This document shows positions 50,527-60,024 of a stretch of 64,000 nucleotides of DNA, piece by piece. The position numbers were made by a program, and so were the translations under genes. Position 1 is the first letter of the stretch. Each line of letters starts with the position of its first letter. Source of the stretch: a virus (Duplodnaviria > Caudoviricetes); IMG/VR virus record IMGVR_UViG_3300008111_000023, positions 1-64,000 of that record. The stretch is one strand, 5' to 3'. A model generated the notes under the pieces. The model made no database searches. It was given only the letters and a program-made list of their open reading frames with translations, and was not told the DNA's origin.

Positions 50527-51731
50527 TTGAGTTTTGGAAAAATACTATTTAAATCTTCGTTACGCACAGTATCAATTTTTTCTGTAAAATATTTAAAGTA
50601 TTCCCACTGTCCGTTGGCTTCTGGAGTGTAGTAATGGCCATAGAGATCTTCCCAATTGCGTCGATCAATAATACCGTGTAATGAATTAATTTTATCCTGT
50701 CGCATTTGTTTAGGTAGTATATTAGCCGATAGATAGTCTGGGCTTTGAACATGATTTAATCCTACTCTAATGCGTATTTTATTGTTGGACAAATATCTTT
50801 CTAATTCGTCAACATACATAAAATTATAGACGCTGACAGTTTGAGTTACACGATAAATGAATTTGTAATTATTTAAAAATAATTTTAAGTTATTAATGGT
50901 TAAATCCCAATCGCTTAAACTTCTAATGTAAGTGTTGCGTTCTCCAACATCATCGATGCTGAAACTAATATGTACTTCTTTAAATTTAGTCAATAGATCC
51001 AATGCTGGAGTAATCTTATCCCATTTGTAATTTAAATTTGTGTGATAATGTATAGCAATATCAGTTTTGCCTTCACGTACTAATTTTTCTAGTAGTTTAA
51101 AGTGAGTAGGTACAAGAAATGGTTCGCCGCCACTTATATGTATTTGTTCTAGATTAGGAGCAAATTCTGTTAACCTGTTGTAAAAAGATTCATCGTCTAC
51201 CCAATCAAAACTAAAATCAGGATTACTTTTAATCCAATGATAACCACTAGCTAATTTGACTGTATCTTTTAATTTATAGTAATCTTGAATCCAACTTGTG
51301 CTAGAGTCTGCATTACAGCTTCGACATTTTAAATTACAAAAATTTCCTAATCGTAATTCAATGTGACGAAGATCTGTCTTAATAGAGCCGTCGGCAGCGG
51401 TTAGTGCAGCGTGATCTAAATTACGATTGGTTTCCTGTTGGCGCTTACTCTTTCCGCCAGCCTGTTCAATTTGATGGCATCCCTCACATGCAGTCGGTAC
51501 CTTGCCTGCTAACATGTCTAGTCTAATAGTTTTATAATTATCGCAGTTAATAATCTCTGGTATATTACTATTCATAACTGTGACAGTTTTAGTTTTATCT
51601 TCACTAACCCTGTTCCAGCTATGTCCGTTGCCCTTACCTGAATGTTTGGCAACACAACAAATTGTACAATTGCCTTGTGGAAACACACTCAGATGTATCC
51701 AAGGAAAATCACAAATAAATTTATCACTCAT
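50523..51731 (-). CDS. Radical SAM protein with N-terminal SPASM/twitch-like Cys cluster
   Basis: CDFPW...CTICC...CEGC, then CNLKCRSC and SGGEPF. Confidence 0.9.
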   Translation of the reverse strand: MSDKFICDFPWIHLSVFPQGNCTICCVAKHSGKGNGHSWNRVSEDKTKTVTVMNSNIPEIINCDNYKTIRLDMLAGKVPTACEGCHQIEQAGGKSKRQQETNRNLDHAALTAADGSIKTDLRHIELRLGNFCNLKCRSCNADSSTSWIQDYYKLKDTVKLASGYHWIKSNPDFSFDWVDDESFYNRLTEFAPNLEQIHISGGEPFLVPTHFKLLEKLVREGKTDIAIHYHTNLNYKWDKITPALDLLTKFKEVHISFSIDDVGERNTYIRSLSDWDLTINNLKLFLNNYKFIYRVTQTVSVYNFMYVDELERYLSNNKIRIRVGLNHVQSPDYLSANILPKQMRQDKINSLHGIIDRRNWEDLYGHYYTPEANGQWEYFKYFTEKIDTVRNEDLNSIFPKLK

Positions 51732-52942
51732 AATGTATCAAACCATTCGGCTAATTCTGGTACAGCCGTTCTTATATCTTCTTTTCTAATACGGTCTAAC
51801 TTTATAGTATCTCTTTTAAATTTTTGTTGTAGTTCTAATGTTTTTTCTAGAGAAATTGTTGAGTTTAAATAAAATTTAACTTCGTTATATAAGTTAGCTA
51901 GCCATCGACTTTCTTCTTCAGTTACAATTGAAGTTATTTTTTCTAAATGTTCATCTAGTTGTATTCTTACTTTATTTTTTAACTCTTCAGGTAGTATTGA
52001 AGACATATAATGTTGCGGCCAGTTAACATGACTTACTAGTACTTTTCTAGTTGACATTTTTAATTCTATTAGTTTATCAATTAATTTAGTAAAATTAAAA
52101 ACAGTGAGAATATTTATAGTAGTTGATACTACATAACCAACATTCGATTGCGATAAACGGACTAAGTTTTCTTCCACTCTAGGCCAATCGGTTCCAGATC
52201 TACTGTACTCTGCATTTTCATCAATGCCGTCGATACTTGCAAAAATTCTAACATCTTTAAATCGTTTCCAAATATCAACTAGATCGTAATCTTTATACTT
52301 GATAGTACTCATGTTGGTGTTGTAACGCAAAAACACATCATATCGTTCTTTGGCAATTAACTTATCTAATATCTGATAGTGTTCAGCCATAAGTAATGGT
52401 TCACCGCCAGCAAAGTAAATCTCTTCAACATCATCAATAAACTGATCAACGTATTTCATTAAATCAGTTCCGTAGTATGAACTATCAAGAAATTTTATCT
52501 TAGTTTTCTTTTCCTCAGGAGTGAAGTCGTCAAACCAAGAACTGCTACTACCATGTCCGCACATACGACATTTAAAGTTACAGATATTACTAAATCTAAA
52601 ATCCCAAAAAATTATTTCAAATGTTTCGTAGGTACCGTCGGGTAATGTATTACTTTTAGCTTTTTCGATATGATGGCTGAATCTTTCAGTAACCGCCATT
52701 CTATAGCTTACACCCCCGCTGTCTTCTTTTTTAGTACAGGTTAGGCATCCTTCTGGAATTTTATTTTCTAAAAAGCTTCTACGCATAGATTTAGTATGTT
52801 CGTTATTCCATATTTCTTCTAGTGTAGTATCTTTTAAGTTTCCAAAGTCTTGCCCAAGATACGCACAACAAGGCTTAACACGACCGTTAGGTTCTGTATT
52901 AAGATGTATCCACGGCACTATACAAAATTTATCTTCGCTCAT
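51728..52942 (-). CDS. Radical SAM protein with N-terminal SPASM/twitch-like Cys cluster
   Basis: CIVPW...PNGRVKPCC...CLTC, then CNFKCRMC and AGGEPL. Confidence 0.9.
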   Translation of the reverse strand: MSEDKFCIVPWIHLNTEPNGRVKPCCAYLGQDFGNLKDTTLEEIWNNEHTKSMRRSFLENKIPEGCLTCTKKEDSGGVSYRMAVTERFSHHIEKAKSNTLPDGTYETFEIIFWDFRFSNICNFKCRMCGHGSSSSWFDDFTPEEKKTKIKFLDSSYYGTDLMKYVDQFIDDVEEIYFAGGEPLLMAEHYQILDKLIAKERYDVFLRYNTNMSTIKYKDYDLVDIWKRFKDVRIFASIDGIDENAEYSRSGTDWPRVEENLVRLSQSNVGYVVSTTINILTVFNFTKLIDKLIELKMSTRKVLVSHVNWPQHYMSSILPEELKNKVRIQLDEHLEKITSIVTEEESRWLANLYNEVKFYLNSTISLEKTLELQQKFKRDTIKLDRIRKEDIRTAVPELAEWFDTL

Positions 52943-54267
52943 ATTGTGTTAAACCATTCTATAAATTCTGTTGGGAATACACTAGCTAATGCGATATTTT
53001 TTCTATCGGCATATTGTTGTGTAAAACTTTTTAAATCGTGCACCTTATTGGTTTGGCTGTCGGTATCTTCTTGACTGCGATCAACGTTTCGAAGATATAC
53101 AGCTATTCTCTCTATTTGATTACTTTCAGCAGGACTTAACCCAACAACATTACTTAGCCAAGTTTCAATTTTGTCTGCTTGTGCTTGTTTCAAATTATCT
53201 GGCAATACATTTAAATTTTGAAAACTAGGAAAACGCACTAGATTAAGACTCATATGGAACTGATGCCCGCCAAATTGTTTACGTAGTTCTAACATGTCTG
53301 TCATAAACTCTGTTATGGTCCAAATGCTTAGGGCACTAATAGTCATCATAACATGTATCATGTTATATTTCCCTTCTTTGGCAAACTGTATTAAATTATT
53401 ACGCCATACTGTATAATCTAATCCATGACGAACAAACTCGCCGTGGGCACCGTATCCTTCGCCGCTAGTATACAGATCAAATTTCTTAAACTTTTTACTA
53501 GCATTGATTAGTTGATGTAGTTTTACCTGATCCATTACTAGATTACTGTTAACGGCAAAATCAAAATTTGTACCTTCACATTCATCTAACAGTTTCCAAA
53601 ATGAAGGACTACGGGTAGGTTCGCCGCCTGTAATTCTTAGTTCTTGTAAATTGTTTTTAAGGCTAGCATGAAACCATTTAAAAAATGCTTCAATGTAGGG
53701 ATTGTTTTCATTTTTAATTCCGTAAGGCAAAGCATGTTCTCCAGCATTTTGAAATGCTCCACCGCCAGCTGTCTTTAATTCAATATATGGTCCGTTAACT
53801 TTAATATCGCTAGCCCAGGTAGAACTAAACTCTGCGTTACAATAACTACAACTTAAATTACATAAATTATCAAAACTAATTTCTAAAGTTTTTGGATCAA
53901 TATCTGATCCAGGATCTAATTTAGCTAGTTGAAGTATTTCATCTTCTTCGTAAATCCTAGTCTTATAAACTCGATCACTGTATACATCCGGTGCCGCATT
54001 ATCCTCAACAGTCCAGCAATAAGCGCACTCGTCACACCGCTTACCAATTAGCATTTCTAATCGACGATCTTTCTTAAAGGTTGTATTATGTAGTGCGGAT
54101 GGATTACGACTGATCTCGGCTATAGGTATTGTATGCGCCGGCGGCAAATGACAACTAGCTGTTCTTCCGTTGCCTAACCATATAGTAGCGTTATACCATT
54201 TTGCGGCACAAAAACTAGGACTTATTTCATTAATAATTTCTATTGTGCGTTTTACGTTTGTTGGCAT
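52939..54267 (-). CDS. Radical SAM protein (SPSFC.AKWY subtype)
   Basis: SPSFCAAKWY...SCH...CAYC, then CNLSCSYC and TGGEP. Confidence 0.9.
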   Translation of the reverse strand: MPTNVKRTIEIINEISPSFCAAKWYNATIWLGNGRTASCHLPPAHTIPIAEISRNPSALHNTTFKKDRRLEMLIGKRCDECAYCWTVEDNAAPDVYSDRVYKTRIYEEDEILQLAKLDPGSDIDPKTLEISFDNLCNLSCSYCNAEFSSTWASDIKVNGPYIELKTAGGGAFQNAGEHALPYGIKNENNPYIEAFFKWFHASLKNNLQELRITGGEPTRSPSFWKLLDECEGTNFDFAVNSNLVMDQVKLHQLINASKKFKKFDLYTSGEGYGAHGEFVRHGLDYTVWRNNLIQFAKEGKYNMIHVMMTISALSIWTITEFMTDMLELRKQFGGHQFHMSLNLVRFPSFQNLNVLPDNLKQAQADKIETWLSNVVGLSPAESNQIERIAVYLRNVDRSQEDTDSQTNKVHDLKSFTQQYADRKNIALASVFPTEFIEWFNTI

Positions 54268-55586
54268 AATTGATAAAATTTTGTAAGTGCTGGAAAGATT
54301 TTATTAAAGTCAGTTCCTCGTCTAATATCATATTCAGTGATAAATGCTGCAAAGTCTTTTCTTAATTGTAATTCTTTGCTGTCAGTACCGTTCATATAGT
54401 CAAGCATACGACGCAACTGATCTATTTCACTTTCTGATAAATCAGGTCGTTCTATAATCAATGCTGTTACGTCTTTTGTAAATTGTTGTTTACTAGAAGG
54501 GTCTAAAATAGTCAATGACAAGAATTCTGGATACCGTAAAAAGTTAGTCATAAACTGAACTTTGTTAAATGTAGCATTCTTGTTATAATGCTTACGTAGG
54601 TCTAGCAAGTATCGTATAAAATCACAATAGGTTGTAATACTAGTTAAGTTAACAGTGGTCATTACAGCAACAATGTTATTGGTATTATCTAAAACTTTTT
54701 CCAAGTTTTTAGTCCATGCTGAATAATCTAATCCGTATCTAATATATTCAGCAGGAGCACCTACTGCTTCGCCGCTAGTAAATATTTGTACTTCTTTAAT
54801 ATTTTTAGATATACTATTGAGCTTAGTGATCATTCGATCAACTAGTTCGTCTGGAATGCCTAAATTGGTATTAATAGCAAATACTAAATCAGATTTAGGA
54901 TTAGCTTCGATGTCGTCAAGCATACGCCATACGTCTTTGCTTAACAGCGGCTCGCCGCCTGTAAGTCTAAGCGTTTCAAGTTTTTGGTATAGTTCCGGCC
55001 ACCATTTCCAAAAAGCATCTACATAAGGATTAGGGTCACTATGTTTGATAGGCATTTTACCTACCTCTTTAAACCATCCAAATCCGTTATACTTTTGACT
55101 AGTTGGATATTCCCCGTGCTTGGCAATTTCGTCATACCACTGGCTACTAAGGTCTGGGCTACAGTAAGCACATTTAAAATTACAAACATTACTAAAACTA
55201 ATTTCAACGTATGTAGGTTCTACGTCGGCTGTTTTATTTTTAACAACCTCGCCAATGTGAGGATACGCCCACGATGTAGCACTTTTATAACTTCTATCAC
55301 TAATGTGGCCGCTGTCCTCAGCAGTCCAACAATAGTCACACTCGCTCGGCCGAACACCGTCGAGCATTTTTTGCATTTGTTCTTTTTTATAATTAGTATT
55401 ATGTAGAGCCTTGTAATTTTGCTCTAATTCGTCTAGCGGAATCTTATGTGGGGAAGGATGATGGCAGCTGTGATTAAACCCATTTTGAAGATACAATGTT
55501 AATTGATACCATTTGGCTAAACAAAAGCTAGGACTAACAGCATTTAAGATTGGAATAACTTTTTGAAATTTTTCGTGTTCACTCAT
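54252..55586 (-). CDS. Radical SAM protein (SPSFC.AKWY subtype)
   Basis: SPSFCLAKWY...SCHH...CDYC, then CNFKCAYC and TGGEPL. Confidence 0.9.
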   Translation of the reverse strand: MSEHEKFQKVIPILNAVSPSFCLAKWYQLTLYLQNGFNHSCHHPSPHKIPLDELEQNYKALHNTNYKKEQMQKMLDGVRPSECDYCWTAEDSGHISDRSYKSATSWAYPHIGEVVKNKTADVEPTYVEISFSNVCNFKCAYCSPDLSSQWYDEIAKHGEYPTSQKYNGFGWFKEVGKMPIKHSDPNPYVDAFWKWWPELYQKLETLRLTGGEPLLSKDVWRMLDDIEANPKSDLVFAINTNLGIPDELVDRMITKLNSISKNIKEVQIFTSGEAVGAPAEYIRYGLDYSAWTKNLEKVLDNTNNIVAVMTTVNLTSITTYCDFIRYLLDLRKHYNKNATFNKVQFMTNFLRYPEFLSLTILDPSSKQQFTKDVTALIIERPDLSESEIDQLRRMLDYMNGTDSKELQLRKDFAAFITEYDIRRGTDFNKIFPALTKFYQLCQQT

Positions 55587-55709
55587 ATGATAATTGTTTT
55601 CATTTTATTATAACTTAGTCACGTAAATTGAGTGAGACTAATATCATCAATTAATTTTTTTTAGATGATTCGAAACCCTTAAAAAAGTATTCTTTTTGTT
55701 TCAACAGTC

Positions 55710-56018
55710 TTATTTAAAAAAGTCATTGGATTGATTTTGAATATCTTTCTTCAGTCTATCGACATCAATTTTAAAATCAATCTTTTTTATATCTTCTTTA
55801 TATTCGGCAAAAGTTTCTACCAACCGATTGGCAACAATATCGCTATGACTACTAGCTAATTGTTCTTTGATATTGATTTCCCAAATCCTACCATTGCCAA
55901 ATTCTAACCTAATTGTTTCTAGGTAATGAACTGGCATGGTATTCATATAAAGGTCTTCAAAAACTTCCGGCCACTCTTGTATAAGATGTTTAGGCGGTTT
56001 GAATAACGGTTTAGGCAC
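55710..56018 (-). CDS. Hypothetical protein
   Basis: 102-aa ORF in a tightly packed minus-strand run. Confidence 0.65.
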   Translation of the reverse strand: MPKPLFKPPKHLIQEWPEVFEDLYMNTMPVHYLETIRLEFGNGRIWEINIKEQLASSHSDIVANRLVETFAEYKEDIKKIDFKIDVDRLKKDIQNQSNDFFK

Positions 56019-56649
56019 TTTCAGCTTCTTTGGCCTTTGCCGCTTTCTTTTGTGGTGGATCTAAATCGTCTGCTTCTTTACGTAGACGTGCAGCTTCTTT
56101 ATACATTGCATCTGCTTGACTACGATAGCTCTTGGCAATGTCTTTATCCGTTAGTACTTCGTTAGATGATGCCTTAAGCGGTACTGCTTTCTCTGGTTGT
56201 TGTGGTGAAAGATCTTTAACTTTGACTAGTTCTTCAGGTTGATCTTTTGGAGCTCCTGCCACAAATGTGCATAGGTCATCAACAGCACAATTCTTTTGTT
56301 CAGCAATTAATCCATTAAGTTGATGCAACGGAATCTCACTACCTGGGGACGGACTCATAATAACATCGTCAGTTGGCACTTTAGCCAGTCGTCCGTCTGC
56401 TCTTAGAGCTTGCAGCATTGGTCTACCGTCAGCAAACGATCTAGTAAATAATACTTCTCCTAGTTCAAATGCAGCTTGTGCTTCGTTGGTCTCGACAAGT
56501 TTCATGATATTGTCATGATATTCGTCTGGTAAACTGGCAACAGGAATAACTAATGCTTGATTAGATTCGCCTGGTAATGTTCTGAAAGCCACAAGAACTT
56601 TTGAACCTGCTTTTTTCATCTTTCCTACATGTTTTAATGATTTCATCAC
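56011..56649 (-). CDS. Hypothetical protein
   Basis: 212 aa with a C-terminal coiled coil; overlaps its neighbours. Confidence 0.7.
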   Translation of the reverse strand: MMKSLKHVGKMKKAGSKVLVAFRTLPGESNQALVIPVASLPDEYHDNIMKLVETNEAQAAFELGEVLFTRSFADGRPMLQALRADGRLAKVPTDDVIMSPSPGSEIPLHQLNGLIAEQKNCAVDDLCTFVAGAPKDQPEELVKVKDLSPQQPEKAVPLKASSNEVLTDKDIAKSYRSQADAMYKEAARLRKEADDLDPPQKKAAKAKEAESA

Positions 56650-56867
56650 TGATCCTTTTTAGAAACAGCCTCTAAGAAAGTGTTGAGTTTGTTATAAATC
56701 TTACCAACGGCTTCTAGTTCGGCTGCTTTGAACGCTCCACGCTGACTAGCTACATCTAAAATACTTCTTAATGCGGCTAGGTCATTAATATTTAAATCGG
56801 GTGCTGCTGCCTGTGTCTCTGGTTGAGCGGCTGGTGCCGCCTCTGGTGCTTTAATTTCTTCAGTCAT
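56646..56867 (-). CDS. Hypothetical protein
   Basis: ATG at 56867 with an AAGGAG RBS; LNINDL...IDVASQRGAFKA.E pattern. Confidence 0.7.
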   Translation of the reverse strand: MTEEIKAPEAAPAAQPETQAAAPDLNINDLAALRSILDVASQRGAFKAAELEAVGKIYNKLNTFLEAVSKKDQ

Positions 56868-57139
56868 GTGTTTCTCCTTATATGTGGACATGCTAACATA
56901 AAATAAGTTAGCTCTTTATGATCTTCAAATCCTACAAAAGTAGCAGTCTTTAATTTCCCATCTTGAGAAATAGTTGGCTGACGCTTTACATAGTATCTTC
57001 CTGCTAGTTTGGATTTGATCCAAGTTTCAACTTCAGTACCAAACAGGTCTCCGTCTGCAAGTTTAATTTTTGCAAATTGAGGAGCCACAAAATTAACTTC
57101 TCTGTGGCCTAAGATGTCAAGAGCATTAAGTTTTAACAT
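56864..57139 (-). CDS. Hypothetical protein
   Basis: 91 aa; TTAAATA motif just upstream (57145-57151). Confidence 0.65.
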   Translation of the reverse strand: MLKLNALDILGHREVNFVAPQFAKIKLADGDLFGTEVETWIKSKLAGRYYVKRQPTISQDGKLKTATFVGFEDHKELTYFMLACPHIRRNT

Positions 57140-57163
57140 AGTGATATTTAATAGAATTATTTT

Positions 57164-57562
57164 TTAGTTAGAGGATTCTTGGCTTAATCTTTTGTTAAGT
57201 GCTTTTGCTGCACCCATTTTTCTAACATCGCCTGCAAACAGATACAGTTCAAATGCCGCTTTTTCAGATAATACTCTAATATATCTTTTTTGTAAATGAA
57301 AAGGAGAATCTAGATATTGATCGAGCCAAACTAACACTTGTGGCCCAATAGTTAGGTCTTTCGGAAGTTCAATTTTGTAGGTTTTAATTTCAGAATGTGT
57401 CTCTACAAATTCTAAACATTGATCGGTCATCCGTAAGCCGCCAACATCTTTGCCTCTTGTACTGAACCACCAAGCAGCACGGAATTTTTTTGCATATGCA
57501 GCATCGTGCGGTTGTCCTGCGGCTTTGAGGAATACCGAAGTATAGGTATCCTTACGGTCCAT
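57164..57562 (-). CDS. Hypothetical protein
   Basis: 132-aa ORF in the operon. Confidence 0.65.
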   Translation of the reverse strand: MDRKDTYTSVFLKAAGQPHDAAYAKKFRAAWWFSTRGKDVGGLRMTDQCLEFVETHSEIKTYKIELPKDLTIGPQVLVWLDQYLDSPFHLQKRYIRVLSEKAAFELYLFAGDVRKMGAAKALNKRLSQESSN

Positions 57563-57565
57563 ATA

Positions 57566-57850
57566 TTACTCTATTTTTTCACCTTGGCTTAGTTTATAAA
57601 CTGCAAAGTCTTTAGTCTTAAAAAGTCTATTAAGTTTTTTTGCAAGGTTGTGTGCATGGCCGGGATTACTAAATGAGACCTTCTTGTATTTAGGACCTGG
57701 ATAGCTAGCAACGAGACTACCACTCTTTAAATTGAATGGAGACTCTTTATAAAACACAGCCCAAATGGCATCACTTTCAAGTATTTGTTCAATCTTAAAA
57801 GTGTCTTTGTTTGCATGTTCAAGTATAACTTTGGGTTTCGGTCTGCTCAT
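57566..57850 (-). CDS. Hypothetical protein
   Basis: 94 aa, basic; AGGA RBS; ATAAATA at 57881-57887. Confidence 0.7.
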   Translation of the reverse strand: MSRPKPKVILEHANKDTFKIEQILESDAIWAVFYKESPFNLKSGSLVASYPGPKYKKVSFSNPGHAHNLAKKLNRLFKTKDFAVYKLSQGEKIE

Positions 57851-57886
57851 TAATACGTGTTTCCTAATTAACCACGTATATATTTA

Positions 57887-58141
57887 TCAAGAACCGAAGC
57901 CGCCCCCGTCGAACTTAACGTCAATCCTAGTAGTAGATTCACGTATTTCTGCCAGCATTTGATGTATCTCTTGAACTGTGCGCCCTAGTTTACTGGTTAA
58001 AATAGCCAATTCAGCAGTTAAATCACGTGCCTCTTGTATAGATAGTCTAATATCTTTCTGTTGACTGCGTTCTGCTGTTGCAACTCTAGTAAGCAGTTTT
58101 TCTACACTAGGTAAATTAGTAGGTAAATTATTTTGAGACAT
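57887..58141 (-). CDS. Hypothetical coiled-coil protein
   Basis: ATG at 58141 (MSQNNLP...) overlaps the end of the upstream gene; ends DGGGFGS. Confidence 0.6.
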   Translation of the reverse strand: MSQNNLPTNLPSVEKLLTRVATAERSQQKDIRLSIQEARDLTAELAILTSKLGRTVQEIHQMLAEIRESTTRIDVKFDGGGFGS

Positions 58142-58604
58142 TTGACAATACCTGCCGCATCTCAAACTCAGTTTTAAAAGGACCTTGATATGAGTATCTT
58201 TGCAAAGTGATCAATTTGGGACAAAAACTTTTAACCCAACCTTTGTCAAATTTAATTACATAAAACCCTGCACAATACAAACTCTTACTATCACCGCTCT
58301 TTGTAAATAACGGCAATTTTCTTTTAATGTCGAACATTGCATTATGCGGAGTTGTGCTAGTTGCATAGCCGTGAACTTCATTGGGTTCGGCACCATCAGC
58401 TTCTTTAACAATTTTAGCAACAAAGAAATTCTTACCAAACTGTCGAGTTAGACTTTCTTTATTGTCATAAATTTTAATTCCTAGTTCGTTGCTAAGAACA
58501 AATCGATTGTCTTCGTTCTTTCTCAGTGTGGCAAACTTTGTACCGTCTTTCTCAACGATCCAAAATTTATTTTCAATGATTGGTTTAGCATGTAAATCGG
58601 TCAT
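58128..58604 (-). CDS. Hypothetical protein
   Basis: 158 aa with a 4-nt overlap with the RNase H gene. Confidence 0.7.
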   Translation of the reverse strand: MTDLHAKPIIENKFWIVEKDGTKFATLRKNEDNRFVLSNELGIKIYDNKESLTRQFGKNFFVAKIVKEADGAEPNEVHGYATSTTPHNAMFDIKRKLPLFTKSGDSKSLYCAGFYVIKFDKGWVKSFCPKLITLQRYSYQGPFKTEFEMRQVLSNVSK

Positions 58605-59587
58605 AGTGTGTACCTCGCATTAAGTGGCTCAGCATAAGCCTGTGCCTGATCTGCAATCTTCTTAAGATCATAAAGATTACAAAATTTCATTAATCTAATT
58701 CCAACCTGACTGACATTTTTATTTGCCTGTGTTGCGGCAGTAATTGTGTCTGTCATAATCTGTCGAATATCATCTGGTTGAGCAGTTAGGTCAATCAGTT
58801 GCCGATTGCGCTCGTAATCTTCTTTAACTCTGTGTTCTTTACCTTCATGGTCGGTCCAACGCTGAAGCATCATATTGTTCCAATTGAACCCTTTTGTGTC
58901 TCGATCGCCAAAGGCTTCACGGAGACCAATCTTATTCTTTGTGCCTTTTTCACGTACTCCCGGATATGCAGAAAAGACGTTGTCTGAGGTATCGCCTCGC
59001 ATACACTTCTCAAAGAGTAGCCATTGCGGGTCTGGAGCCGCTTTGACTTCTTGAGTCTTTTTATCAATGACGGGCTTATTCTTTTTATCAAAGTAGCCTT
59101 CGTGCGTGATCGTGATTTCTGTGACGCCATTATATTGTTTTACGTTTGGAGCAATAAGTTGTACAAAATCTGTGTCGGTTGAAATAATTACATGATTATC
59201 GCTAGGATGACTCTGAATCCACCCTGCAATCAAATCATCTGCTTCAAGCCTAGGATGTTGCAATACTGAGCAGTTAGTCTTTTCAGTCACAAAATCTTTA
59301 AATGTATCAAATGCTTCCCAAAACACACGTTCTTCTTCTGCTTCACGTTCTGTATGTGCGGCACGAGCATCACTACGTTGTCGCTTATACGGAGCATAGT
59401 AATCTTTGCGCCACGAGCGACCTTCTAAAAAGAATACCACGTGTGTACCGCCAAAGTCTTGCCATGCTTTCTTAATTGAATTAAGAGTAATGTGAAAAGC
59501 CATGCCTAACTTAATATCAGCATCACCGTTGATAACGTGCCTAGCACGGAAAAATGTATTAGCAGTATCAACTAGAATATATGTCAT
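58601..59587 (-). CDS. rnh: T4-type RNase H / 5'-3' exonuclease (FEN family)
   Basis: ILVDTAN, SWRKDYY..YK..R, LEADDLIA, ISTDTDF.QL, GDTSDNV..AYPGV. Confidence 0.9.
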   Translation of the reverse strand: MTYILVDTANTFFRARHVINGDADIKLGMAFHITLNSIKKAWQDFGGTHVVFFLEGRSWRKDYYAPYKRQRSDARAAHTEREAEEERVFWEAFDTFKDFVTEKTNCSVLQHPRLEADDLIAGWIQSHPSDNHVIISTDTDFVQLIAPNVKQYNGVTEITITHEGYFDKKNKPVIDKKTQEVKAAPDPQWLLFEKCMRGDTSDNVFSAYPGVREKGTKNKIGLREAFGDRDTKGFNWNNMMLQRWTDHEGKEHRVKEDYERNRQLIDLTAQPDDIRQIMTDTITAATQANKNVSQVGIRLMKFCNLYDLKKIADQAQAYAEPLNARYTL

Positions 59588-60024
59588 AGATTATTTTTTC
59601 TAACAGAATTAATATCAATAACGCCGGTATTAACAGCGCCTCCAAAATCTCCGTCAACTACCACATTAGCGCAGAGTTCACGAAACCAACGGTCTACAAT
59701 TTCTTCGTCTTTATCACCGTCGAAACCGTATCCTTCTTGCTTTAATTTTAACACAAATTGCTCATTCCAGTCAAGCTCAAAAAACCCATTGCGTACATTG
59801 TCTTTATTGATATGAGTGTTAAGAACACCTACCCAGGGTTCTTTCAATTTAGTTGCACGATCTTTTGGGTTTAATTTAGCAAGTTCTTCAGAAGTTTTAG
59901 CACGTTCTGCAGCCTCTACAGCATCTTTAGCAATCTTTGTTGATTCTTCAGCTAACTTTACTGCGGCTTCAGTTTCTGCTTTGAGTTTATCAATACCAAA
60001 TAATTTTTCTATAAATCGTTTCAT
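59584..60024 (-). CDS. Hypothetical protein
   Basis: ATG at 60024; EPWV...GFFELDWN...EEIVDRWF. Confidence 0.7.
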   Translation of the reverse strand: MKRFIEKLFGIDKLKAETEAAVKLAEESTKIAKDAVEAAERAKTSEELAKLNPKDRATKLKEPWVGVLNTHINKDNVRNGFFELDWNEQFVLKLKQEGYGFDGDKDEEIVDRWFRELCANVVVDGDFGGAVNTGVIDINSVRKNNL

